64,000 nucleotides of DNA from an uncultured virus (IMG/VR IMGVR_UViG_3300012274_000094) (lineage: Duplodnaviria; Heunggongvirae; Uroviricota; Caudoviricetes): positions 1 through 64,000 of IMG/VR virus record IMGVR_UViG_3300012274_000094; one strand, written 5' to 3'. Positions 9,467 to 18,408 of this stretch are shown in pieces (within the stretch, counting starts at the first letter, position 1; the number at the start of each line of letters is the position of its first letter). The position numbers were made by a program, and so were the translations under genes. The notes beneath the pieces were generated by a model. The model was given only the letters and a program-made list of their open reading frames with translations. It did no database searches and had not been told where the DNA came from.

Positions 9467-9987
9467 ACGCATTTGTTGATATGAAAAAATCTGAATACGC
9501 ATTAGTTGCTTACTCAAACGTTGCAGCTAAATCAAAAGAGCGTAAAGCTTTAGAAAAAGCAGTTAAAAAATGGTTGAAACATCCAGGTAATAAAATTCAA
9601 CCAGTTCAATCTAAGCAGTCAGAATCTATGGCTCATGGAAATCAGCGAGCTTATAAACGCATGGGTTGCCGCTGCGAAGTTTGTGTTACTTGGGCCATTT
9701 CATCAGGTTTTGTAAAAACGAAGCCGAAGTCTGAAATAAAACGTGGTCCAGATGAACGTCAAATACGTATACAGGCACAAAAAGAGAGTTTACATAGGTT
9801 TGCTCAGGTATTTGAAAAAGACTGGCAATTACTAGCATTTGAGATCGGTTATGCGATTACAGCTTTTCAACTTGAACGGGTTTATCAAGGTAAGTCTGAA
9901 ATTGATCAATATTTCACATGGAAATATGTGAAGAAAGTTGCTGATCAGTTAGTTGCTGAAAAGTTAAAAGTTAATGGGGGAGTGTGA
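9463..9987 (+). CDS. Hypothetical protein (HG..GCRCEVC Zn motif)
   Basis: GTGA-coupled ORF. Confidence 0.7.
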   Translation: MNAFVDMKKSEYALVAYSNVAAKSKERKALEKAVKKWLKHPGNKIQPVQSKQSESMAHGNQRAYKRMGCRCEVCVTWAISSGFVKTKPKSEIKRGPDERQIRIQAQKESLHRFAQVFEKDWQLLAFEIGYAITAFQLERVYQGKSEIDQYFTWKYVKKVADQLVAEKLKVNGGV

Positions 9988-10721
9988 ATATGAAATCTAA
10001 TTCAACCAGCAAAAAACGATTAAAAAAATACAATCCAAACAAGCTTACACCGGCCCAAGTACAAGCTAATCAGAGAAAGGCTGAATTGCGTAGAGAAGCT
10101 GCTCAAGAATATGAGTTCAGCATGCGTTTTGTTTCAAGTAAAGTTCGATCTTTTTTAAAGGAGAAGGAGATAGAAGAAGCAGACTTACTTAATCAATATC
10201 CAAATGCTCAATCAGTACCATACCACTTCAGTATCGCTGCTTATGATTATCAGGATTTGGCAATTGTTCAAGTGCTCGAACATGTTAATGAGTGTGAACA
10301 ATGGAATGTTGATTTAAACATTACGATGTCAGATAGAACCGATATGTATGAAGGCTCAGTAATTGTAAATCAACCCTTTACCGCTCCAAAGATGAGTTAT
10401 TTTGAGTTTTGGTCTGGTAAAAAAGATTGTTATGTCGATTTAGGAGGTGGCATACGTGTCAAGGGTTGGAAAGGCTTAAATGATGAGATTTTAAGAGCTT
10501 TAGAACATAACAAAAAAATTCCAGATGGCTTTGGTATAGATCGTATTGAAGTCTATCTAACTACATCAGCCAGTTTTAAGAGCATTCATACGTATCAAGA
10601 GTTTTTGATTGTAGCCGAATGGATAAATAAGGGGATAGCCGAGAAGCATTTACGCAAGCTTTGGATTGCTGACCAACTTATTGGTAACGGCAGATCATTT
10701 GGTTATGAGGGCGCAGCATGA
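9984..10721 (+). CDS. Hypothetical protein
   Basis: Coupled ORF. Confidence 0.7.
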   Translation: MNMKSNSTSKKRLKKYNPNKLTPAQVQANQRKAELRREAAQEYEFSMRFVSSKVRSFLKEKEIEEADLLNQYPNAQSVPYHFSIAAYDYQDLAIVQVLEHVNECEQWNVDLNITMSDRTDMYEGSVIVNQPFTAPKMSYFEFWSGKKDCYVDLGGGIRVKGWKGLNDEILRALEHNKKIPDGFGIDRIEVYLTTSASFKSIHTYQEFLIVAEWINKGIAEKHLRKLWIADQLIGNGRSFGYEGAA

Positions 10722-11143
10722 TGAGAAGATTAAAACAACGCCAGCGCCAGCAACGAAATATTTGGGCCATGTTAAACAAACCTGCTATTGATGATTTTAA
10801 AATTTTCAAAGAGGGTGACTTTGTTATTTTGATTACCGACCTGAGCGACATTCTTGATATGAGAGCCCTTTATCAGGTTGTATCAGTAGGTTTGGATGTT
10901 GCCATTGCTTTATTTGGTTCTAACAAAGTAGTCGCTAGAAGCGGAATTTTCGTAGCTCATCAAGAATTTCGACACGCTACTATCCAAGAAGTAATTGCAG
11001 GTTATCGAATAGATAATCTAAGCCCGATTTATGCACATTATAAATACCCATACAACGTTTTAACTGGAGAACAAGTTGGGGTGGTTCTAAATTTTGCACA
11101 AGAAATTGATGTAATAGAACTTACAGGCGAGACAAAGGCATGA
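10718..11143 (+). CDS. Hypothetical protein
   Basis: Coupled ORF. Confidence 0.65.
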   Translation: MMRRLKQRQRQQRNIWAMLNKPAIDDFKIFKEGDFVILITDLSDILDMRALYQVVSVGLDVAIALFGSNKVVARSGIFVAHQEFRHATIQEVIAGYRIDNLSPIYAHYKYPYNVLTGEQVGVVLNFAQEIDVIELTGETKA

Positions 11144-11907
11144 AAAATAAAATTCAATTAATGCTGGGTGATTGTCTAGAACGAATGCGGGAAGTTAAGA
11201 CTGGAACCGTAGACATGATTTTGTGTGATTTACCTTATGGAACTACATGTTGCAAATGGGATGTAGTAATTCCATTCAAACAGCTTTGGGAGCAATACGA
11301 AAGAGTAATAAAGGATAATGGCGCAATTGTTTTATTTGCAGCACAACCATTCACATCACTACTAGCCTCATCCAATCTGAAGTTATTCCGCTATGAATGG
11401 ATTTGGGAAAAACCATCAGCAACTGGATTCTTTAATGCTCATTTCCAGCCACTTCGTGCACATGAAAACATCTTAGTGTTTTACAAGGCTAAACCAACAT
11501 ACAATCCAATGAAAACATTTGGACATGAACGTAAGACCGCGAAACGTAAAGACATTGGATCAGAGCACTATGGCAAGCAAGTGAATATCAAATCTTATGA
11601 CTCTACAGAGCGTTACCCACGTTCCGTTCAGTTATTCAGTAAAGATAAGAAGAAATCAAATTTACATCCAACACAAAAGCCTGTTGCACTTTGTGAGTAC
11701 CTAATTCGCACCTATACAAATGAAGGTGAAACAGTACTTGATAACACAATGGGTAGTGGCACCACTGGTGTTGCATGTGTAAACACAGGTCGTTCATTCA
11801 TTGGGATTGAGTAAGAGAAAAAGTACTTTGAAATAGCACAAAAACGTATGGCTCAAGCTGTTACAGAGAAAGACATGCAGCCAGATCTCTTTGGGGAAAT
11901 AGCATGA
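11140..11907 (+). pseudogene. N4/N6 DNA methyltransferase with internal TAA at 11812
   Basis: DLPY, HPTQKP, DNTMGSGTTG; frame continues EKKYFEIAQKRM..GEIA to a TGA overlapping the next ATG. Confidence 0.8.
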
Positions 11908-12371
11908 ACACAATGGCAAAATTAGGGTTATATGGAAATGCAGATGGAAAAACAGATGTTTGGGCCACACCTCAAAACTTATTTGATGCTTTAGATCAGA
12001 TATTTAACTTTGATTTAGATGTTTGTGCTTTACCTGAGAATGCAAAATGTGAGCGTTATTTTACTCCTGAATTGGATGGTTTAAAGCAAGATTGGACAGG
12101 CACATGTTGGATGAATCCACCTTATGGACGCGAAATTTCCTTGTGGATTGAAAAGGCAGTTGAAACAGCAAATCACGGTCACACTGTTGTTGGGCTATTA
12201 CCAGTGCGTACAGATGTAGTTTGGTGGCAAGAGCACGTATTGCATAGAGAAATTCACTACATCAAAGGTCGTCTTAAATTTGGAGGAAGTAAACATAACG
12301 CACCATTTGGGTGTGCTTTAGTGGTGTTTAGGCCAAGTCTTAAAGATGTTCAGTGGGAGAAGTCAATATGA
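11904..12371 (+). CDS. Phage N6-adenine methyltransferase (Dam family)
   Basis: WATPQ, FDLDVCA, WMNPPY, GRLKF. Confidence 0.88.
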   Translation: MNTMAKLGLYGNADGKTDVWATPQNLFDALDQIFNFDLDVCALPENAKCERYFTPELDGLKQDWTGTCWMNPPYGREISLWIEKAVETANHGHTVVGLLPVRTDVVWWQEHVLHREIHYIKGRLKFGGSKHNAPFGCALVVFRPSLKDVQWEKSI

Positions 12372-12477
12372 ATAATTTCAATTTATGTGGGTTTAGACAA
12401 TCTGAAACAACTGGTGAAAGGAACTGGCATACCCAACGATAGTATGTAAGATATAGTTTTTAAATGAATAACAGATT

Positions 12478-12503
12478 AAGCTCATCAATTGATGGGCTTT
12501 TTT
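12478..12503 (+). terminator. Intrinsic terminator
   Basis: AAGCTCATC/GATGGGCTT stem + T-tract. Confidence 0.65.
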
Positions 12504-12519
12504 AAAATTGTGAAATAGT

Positions 12520-13287
12520 ATGACTACAGGTATTTGTAAGCTTTGTGGCGAAGAAAAAGAGTTACAACGTTCTCATGTAATAGGTAAAACCTTTTTTAGT
12601 CAAATATTGCGTAATTCTGATAAAAATCTCGCTACACAATTTGAGTTAATAAATAAAAGATCTATAGAGACTAATGATACGTGGTTTACACGATTATTAT
12701 GCAGTCAATGTGAGCGATTTTTTAATGAAAAATATGAAAATTATTCAGTTGCAATACTTAGGGAAAAAAGAAAGGAAGTTGAAATAATAAAAGATTCCGA
12801 AGGGATAAATTATAAAAATATAGATGTTGAAAAATTAGCGATTTTTGTACTTTCAATTTTCTGGCGAGGAGTTCATTCAGAACATCATGCTTTTGATGAT
12901 TGTATAAATGACCCTACAATTGAAAGTGTGTTGAAAGAAATAATAAAAGGTAAGATAAAAGTTGTTTCAAGTATAATCAAGGTTAGAATTAGGTTGTTTA
13001 AAGATTCTGCAAATTTTTTAAATGAGAGTATGTTAAAGCAAATTATTATCGCGCCTTTCAAAGAATCAATTCCGAATGGGATTATATATACAATGACTTT
13101 TGAAGGATATTTGGTTGAGATATATCTCGGGAATTTGAATATTTCAAATACAATAAAAAAAGGAATTCTAGATGTCGGTAGTAGTGAAATTTACATACCC
13201 TATGTGGAGATCCTCTCACATCGACAAATCAGGAATACACTTTTTGAAAGCGCAAAATTAATAAAAGACTCCCCTATATCTACGTGA
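12520..13287 (+). CDS. HNH-like Zn-binding nuclease cargo protein
   Basis: CKLC..SHVI..LLCSQCE..N; AT-rich. Confidence 0.65.
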   Translation: MTTGICKLCGEEKELQRSHVIGKTFFSQILRNSDKNLATQFELINKRSIETNDTWFTRLLCSQCERFFNEKYENYSVAILREKRKEVEIIKDSEGINYKNIDVEKLAIFVLSIFWRGVHSEHHAFDDCINDPTIESVLKEIIKGKIKVVSSIIKVRIRLFKDSANFLNESMLKQIIIAPFKESIPNGIIYTMTFEGYLVEIYLGNLNISNTIKKGILDVGSSEIYIPYVEILSHRQIRNTLFESAKLIKDSPIST

Positions 13288-13332
13288 AGTAGTAAAGTGC
13301 ACACTCAAGTTATAAACTCTTTTGGCTTATTT

Positions 13333-13548
13333 ATGAAAATTTGTATAGGTGGTGATCTCAACGGTCAGGTTGTTGAGAAAGATGTTTATTCATTTAAAGC
13401 TGCTGAAATAGATCCAGAGAAAAAGTCAGAGTATTTTATTCAAAGTTATATTCTTGAAGATAAGCTATTAAAGTTTTGGATTTGTTTTGATATAGATTTT
13501 CATGAAGCCTCCCAAATCGTTGAAAAAATGATGAGAACAAAACATTAA
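13333..13548 (+). CDS. Hypothetical protein
   Basis: MKICIGGDLNG start. Confidence 0.6.
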   Translation: MKICIGGDLNGQVVEKDVYSFKAAEIDPEKKSEYFIQSYILEDKLLKFWICFDIDFHEASQIVEKMMRTKH

Positions 13549-13625
13549 AGTGTATATTGATTAAATTCGATGTATGCATTATATTATGTGAACTGTTTAT
13601 CGTTAAATGCCTTTATTGGTTTTAT

Positions 13626-13659
13626 AGTCCGTACTTTCCCCAAGGTGCGGACTTTTTTT
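13626..13659 (+). terminator. Intrinsic terminator
   Basis: AGTCCGTAC/GTGCGGACT + T-tract. Confidence 0.65.
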
Positions 13660-13707
13660 ATCTGTAGGAAAATGATAATTTTGGATATTAATTTAAGGGG
13701 TTTAATA

Positions 13708-14724
13708 ATGTTTAATAATAGAACACGTAATCAACATTTTATTGCTCAAGTTGAGCAAAAATTAAATGCAATCGATCCTACTGTGGATAAAGATAAAAGA
13801 AGAATCTATGAGTTTGAAATAAGTGATCGTGATAAACTAAACTATGCAATTACAAACTCAGCAGGAGTGAAAATTGAAAATAATTTAAGCTTTTATGATT
13901 TATATACTTTTGATGTGTTTTCAGATGCAACTAGAAACAATTTTGAAAAATTTTTCCAGAAATACGAAAGTAAAATTGAATTATATACAAATAGTTTTCT
14001 AGAAAAAATGCAAAAAAATGAGAAAATTTCTAAGGAAGAATTATTTGATTTAATTTTCTGTAAAATCATGAATTTGATTAGAAATCCTTTTAGTATTGTA
14101 AAGATATTGAATACTTTAGGTTCCCTTGCAGAAGTTAAACCTACTGATCCAAATCTCTTAGTAGAGTTTGATAAAATAGAAAAAAGTAATTTAAAAGTTG
14201 ATGATGAAACTTTGAAATTATTAAATATTTCTGATGATCAATTTGTTAAATGGTTAAAAGTTATTTTTAACTTTTTTGCAGTAGAAATTGATGGAAAATC
14301 TCTGGGAGAACTAACAGTTCAAAACTTTTCGAATAATAGCAAAGTTTATATCAATGTTTTTAGCTATAAAAAGGAAGTGTGTTTACTTTCTGATAGAGGA
14401 TATGTTGATTATTCTCCTGGTTTTGAAAATAGTGCATTTTCAATGTCATTTAATTTGAATAAGAATAATTTTTTGAATTTTAGTTTTTTTGAAATAAGCT
14501 GGGATAACTTTAAAAAAATTACACCTCATGCTCTACCTGTGATTGAAGCTTTACAAAAATCTGGAGTAGACATAAAAAAATTGTTCAAACCTGAAATTGA
14601 AGTTGCTACTACTAAATTTGAATGTTTGGAAGCACTTGAAAATTATAATTCGAATGCATTAGTGCAATGCCATAATAATGTTTATTGTGCTGAAGAAAAA
14701 TTTAAAGTTTGGAGACAAGATTAA
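13708..14724 (+). CDS. DUF4238-like cargo protein
   Basis: RNQHFIAQ..DLYT..FEKFFQKYE..LLSD pattern; AAGGGG RBS before ATG 13708. Confidence 0.65.
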   Translation: MFNNRTRNQHFIAQVEQKLNAIDPTVDKDKRRIYEFEISDRDKLNYAITNSAGVKIENNLSFYDLYTFDVFSDATRNNFEKFFQKYESKIELYTNSFLEKMQKNEKISKEELFDLIFCKIMNLIRNPFSIVKILNTLGSLAEVKPTDPNLLVEFDKIEKSNLKVDDETLKLLNISDDQFVKWLKVIFNFFAVEIDGKSLGELTVQNFSNNSKVYINVFSYKKEVCLLSDRGYVDYSPGFENSAFSMSFNLNKNNFLNFSFFEISWDNFKKITPHALPVIEALQKSGVDIKKLFKPEIEVATTKFECLEALENYNSNALVQCHNNVYCAEEKFKVWRQD

Positions 14725-14738
14725 ATAGGATTAAAGAT

Positions 14739-14805
14739 TGGAACTAACCCAAAATACACTTTAGAAAATTGCTAATAATTCCTGAATTATAGAAATTCAG
14801 GAATT
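14739..14805 (+). promoter_or_regulatory. Late-type promoter + hairpin
   Basis: TGGAAC-N29-AATAAT(14774); stem 14777-14805. Confidence 0.65.
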
Positions 14806-14813
14806 AGGTTCTT

Positions 14814-15503
14814 ATGCTTAAGCGAAATAATCGCCGTCAATGGAGTGAATTTTTCACAAGTAATAAAAGACAAGAACTATTTAAGGACTTCAGTGTTTCA
14901 CTACTTAATAACAGACATAAAAAGCAAAAAAATAGCTCATCTAAACATGTGTTTTTCCCGTGCCAACTAGAAAAAGAAAATGACGGGGAAAATAGTATAT
15001 ATAGGGGGAGCACAGGCGGTGTTATCATTTCTGGTAAGCAATACATCACAATCAAATTGCCTTATGGATTAAGCGCTAACGAGATTTGGCGGGCTACAAT
15101 TGATCAGAACGGAAAGCAAAGAAATAGTCTTTCAGTAGGTGCTAAAAAGTATAAGGACAAGGTTCAAAAACAATATGGACCTATGTTTAGAGCACTTAAA
15201 TTAAAAGCTATCGATCAACTTTGTGAAATACGGTTAGTTGTTCAACCCCCACTTAAAACTCGTTCATACAGCGCTAAGACATATCCACGATTTGATATTG
15301 ATAACTATCCCAAACTAATAATTGATAGTGTCAAAGGTGATGGTTTGTTATTCAAAGACGACAATATTTTCATAAGTGAACAAATTAAGTTGGCAGAACC
15401 ATGTGAAGACGGTTGTGTCTGGCTTTCTTGTGTTTTTACGGATGAAACTGATTGGTTATCTAAAACTGTAGATTTTGATTGGTTAGCTGGGAGAAGCATT
15501 TAA
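14814..15503 (+). CDS. rusA: RusA-family Holliday junction resolvase
   Basis: LPYGLSANEIWR, DIDNYPKLIID, FKDDN. Confidence 0.8.
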   Translation: MLKRNNRRQWSEFFTSNKRQELFKDFSVSLLNNRHKKQKNSSSKHVFFPCQLEKENDGENSIYRGSTGGVIISGKQYITIKLPYGLSANEIWRATIDQNGKQRNSLSVGAKKYKDKVQKQYGPMFRALKLKAIDQLCEIRLVVQPPLKTRSYSAKTYPRFDIDNYPKLIIDSVKGDGLLFKDDNIFISEQIKLAEPCEDGCVWLSCVFTDETDWLSKTVDFDWLAGRSI

Positions 15504-16190
15504 ATGGCGAAAAAGAGCGATTTGCAACGTCGAGTACTCATTGGTAGAAAACTTGCAATGGCGCGTGACATGGCTCAATTACGTCAAGAAGACGTAGCAT
15601 TAGAGATATTCGGTACACCTCACAAGAATCGAATGAGTGAAATCGAAAATGGTAAATTAATGCCAGATGCAGAATTATTATCTGTGCTATGTCAAAAATA
15701 TGGTGTTTCTTCTGATTGGGTACTTGGATTTACTGTTGAGCCAGAATTAGATAAAACTGCTTCTGTAGCAGGTATTTTGTTTAATAGTCTTGGCGATATG
15801 ATGAGTGAATATACTCAAGCCATGGCTTTTCAATTAAGTATGGCCGCAGCACAGCACGTAACGTCATTTCCGAAAGCTTTAACCGTACAGTTGTTAACGG
15901 CTTCAAAAGAGCTTATTCAGGCGTGTTTAACTCAAGATCAGTCTTTTCAAGATAAAGTATTACCTGAATTACAAACTTTAATGCTTATTGTTCGTGAATG
16001 TGAACAAAATCGAGCTAAACAGATTCGTAACCTAGAAATGGCTATTGATGATGTTTTTCAGCGAGACGAAAGCGATATACAGGAAAAGGCATTGATTGAC
16101 CTTATTAAAAATAAAAAGCGTTTTAGTAAAGCTTCTTTACAGCAACAAGCTATAGCTGAAGTAAAACAAATAGGTCTATTTTCAGAGTAA
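15504..16190 (+). CDS. XRE-family HTH regulator
   Basis: LAMARDMAQLRQEDVA..MSEIENGK. Confidence 0.75.
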   Translation: MAKKSDLQRRVLIGRKLAMARDMAQLRQEDVALEIFGTPHKNRMSEIENGKLMPDAELLSVLCQKYGVSSDWVLGFTVEPELDKTASVAGILFNSLGDMMSEYTQAMAFQLSMAAAQHVTSFPKALTVQLLTASKELIQACLTQDQSFQDKVLPELQTLMLIVRECEQNRAKQIRNLEMAIDDVFQRDESDIQEKALIDLIKNKKRFSKASLQQQAIAEVKQIGLFSE

Positions 16191-16203
16191 TGGATAGACA
16201 AAA

Positions 16204-17040
16204 ATGGCTCGCAAGATTGAATACTCGGAAGAAATTTGGAACCGACTAAAGGAAGTCTATGAATCTTCACCAAAGATTACATGGCAGGGTTTAGTTGATC
16301 ACGTTGGCGAAGAACTCGGTTGTGAGATGCCTTCGCCGTCTGTCGTTCGCCGTAAAGCACTTGCTGAGAAATGGAAAAAGAAAGCAAAATCTCTAGTCAA
16401 AAAGTCTGCCCAAGAGCTCAATAAAGAGATAAAAAAATTGACCAATAAAAATAATGGTCAAAATGAGTCACAAGGTTCTGAAAATAAAGAAAAAACTAAT
16501 AGTCAAAATTCAGTCAAAAAAACGTCAAATATTGCTGAATTTAATAGTCAAAACTCAAAAAATAATGGTCAGAATAACGGTGGAAATTCATCAATTAATG
16601 AGAACTATCTAAAGTCTGCATTAGTTATGAAAAATAACCGTGTGAGAGCTCATAAATTAGGTGGTCTAATTGACGATACTATCGATAGTGTTATTCATGT
16701 TCGTGATGAAATTTTAAGATTACATAATCCAACTGACGAAGAGCTTGCCTTAGTAAAGTTCAAAATGGGCATAATCTGTCAAATTGTTGATCTCAATGTA
16801 AAGCAGAGTATTAGTGTATCGAATATTGCAAAAGTTGAAGCACAGTTCTGGGGCTTAGATCTAGATGATCTTAAAGACCAATCAGAAGTCCAAGCACGGC
16901 GTAGTTCTGTTATTTCAGGTGCTGAAGAGCGTATGGCGATAGCTAAGGCTAATATGAAGAAGAATAAAGAAGAGGCATTTATGCGTAAGCTAGCGCTTGT
17001 CGAAGCTGGTGAAGTAGAACCAGAAGATGTGCAAGAATAA
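16204..17040 (+). CDS. Probable terminase small subunit
   Basis: N-terminal HTH (W..LKEVYE..VVRRKALAEKW) typical of TerS; coiled C-terminus. Confidence 0.55.
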   Translation: MARKIEYSEEIWNRLKEVYESSPKITWQGLVDHVGEELGCEMPSPSVVRRKALAEKWKKKAKSLVKKSAQELNKEIKKLTNKNNGQNESQGSENKEKTNSQNSVKKTSNIAEFNSQNSKNNGQNNGGNSSINENYLKSALVMKNNRVRAHKLGGLIDDTIDSVIHVRDEILRLHNPTDEELALVKFKMGIICQIVDLNVKQSISVSNIAKVEAQFWGLDLDDLKDQSEVQARRSSVISGAEERMAIAKANMKKNKEEAFMRKLALVEAGEVEPEDVQE

Positions 17041-17156
17041 GTTGAAAAGCACTGGAATATAGTTGATTAATGAATATACTATTTACTTGATATGTACAAC
17101 AATTTTCATTTCATCAAACAACTTAATTCAAGACATCTAATGTGGGAGAATAATTC

Positions 17157-17579
17157 TTGAATCCTTATTTTTTTGGTATTAACCCTTGGTTTTTATATGC
17201 TTTTTTGGTGGTTCTTGCCATCGTTGGTATTTTATTGATTCGATTTAATAAGTTTAATAACACAACTGGAAGTGGAGTTGGTGTTATTTTAATTGGCTTA
17301 GCTATCATTAGTGGTTTCTCCTTTCATAGCTACATGAGTAAACCTATTTCTAGTGCTGACGCAAAGAAACTTGATCTTATATATGATGAAAGTTATGGCA
17401 ATCCTCAAGCTGAAGCCTTCCGAAATGAAATGTCAGACTTAGCTAAAAAAAATGGGATCGTTGTTAGTTCAGCTTTTTCATACAGTGGCAGCGATATCTA
17501 TGTTGACTACATTACAAGAAGCGACTTCAATAGACTTGCCAAGCTTTATGATGAAAGCAAAAAATTTAATATAAATTAA
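17157..17579 (+). CDS. Two-TM membrane protein (cargo)
   Basis: Two hydrophobic helices plus soluble tail. Confidence 0.65.
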   Translation: MNPYFFGINPWFLYAFLVVLAIVGILLIRFNKFNNTTGSGVGVILIGLAIISGFSFHSYMSKPISSADAKKLDLIYDESYGNPQAEAFRNEMSDLAKKNGIVVSSAFSYSGSDIYVDYITRSDFNRLAKLYDESKKFNIN

Positions 17580-17588
17580 GGTGATATA

Positions 17589-17900
17589 ATGACAACAAAA
17601 TCGTTTCAAAATCTTAGTGTTATGCAACGTGTTGAAGTTGCATTATTTGTTTCGGGAATTGCTGTAGCTTACATGCTAATTCTGATGTTAATAATGAAGC
17701 CATATCTTATTTTCATCAAACCAATTGCGATGTTATTTGTTGACGCAGCAGGGCTAGATCCATTTAATAATATCCTGCAAATTCTCAGCGGTTTGTGCTT
17801 CATTCTTACGCAACTGACTGTACTTTTAGTTCCATATGTTATTGTTCGTTTTTTCAGTAGAAGTTTTCCTAAAAAGGCTAAAAGAAGAGTAACTTTTTAA
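17589..17900 (+). CDS. Membrane protein (cargo)
   Basis: 2-3 TM helices, basic C-terminus. Confidence 0.65.
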   Translation: MTTKSFQNLSVMQRVEVALFVSGIAVAYMLILMLIMKPYLIFIKPIAMLFVDAAGLDPFNNILQILSGLCFILTQLTVLLVPYVIVRFFSRSFPKKAKRRVTF

Positions 17901-17917
17901 GCTTTAAATTATTAGTT

Positions 17918-17944
17918 AAGCCTGCCTTAATGGTGGGCTTTTTT
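17918..17944 (+). terminator. Intrinsic terminator
   Basis: AAGCCTGCC/GGTGGGCTT + T-tract. Confidence 0.65.
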
Positions 17945-18051
17945 GTATGATAATTAATCACATGATTGTTTAGTTTAAAAAAAGTTCCCGTGTTTTGGGT
18001 AGTGCATGTCTATATTAGAAATAATCATTAACTTTAAGATTTATAGGAATC

Positions 18052-18324
18052 ATGCAAATGTCTTCAAATCGAATCACTGCAGCTGAAGCATCTAACTTAG
18101 CAAATAGTTCAACCCAGTTTGATAAAGATTATATCCTCGATCAGGTTTATCAAACAGTTAAGGCTAATCTTAAGAACGGTTATGTAGTTTTGCTATATCA
18201 AATTAATTCAACCTCTATTCTAGAAATGGAAGCAGCTGTACGTCAATTGAAAGAAGATGGATACCAAGCAAATGCTACTCATTCCTCAATCTCTCTTAAA
18301 TTAGAGGTTAGATGGTCTGTCTAA
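18052..18324 (+). CDS. Hypothetical protein
   Basis: AGGA RBS. Confidence 0.6.
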   Translation: MQMSSNRITAAEASNLANSSTQFDKDYILDQVYQTVKANLKNGYVVLLYQINSTSILEMEAAVRQLKEDGYQANATHSSISLKLEVRWSV

Positions 18325-18337
18325 GAATTATAACAAT

Positions 18338-18402
18338 AGGAACTTAATAGCTTTTTATTGAAAAAAATTATCCAAAATGCCCTATATCAGTATGGGGCAT
18401 TA
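18338..18402 (+). promoter_or_regulatory. Late-type promoter + hairpin
   Basis: AGGAAC-N29-CAAAAT(18373); AATGCCC/GGGCATT stem. Confidence 0.65.
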
Positions 18403-18408
18403 TTTGTT

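Noticed and set aside
11812..11814. Stop-codon recoding of TAA
   Set aside because: Many intact genes here end in TAA, so this is a single nonsense change
12419..12459. AGGAAC followed by an AT-rich -10-like stretch before the HNH gene
   Set aside because: A terminator-like hairpin follows before any RBS; probably chance
17053..17094. TGGAAT before the membrane genes
   Set aside because: No matching -10 at the fixed spacing
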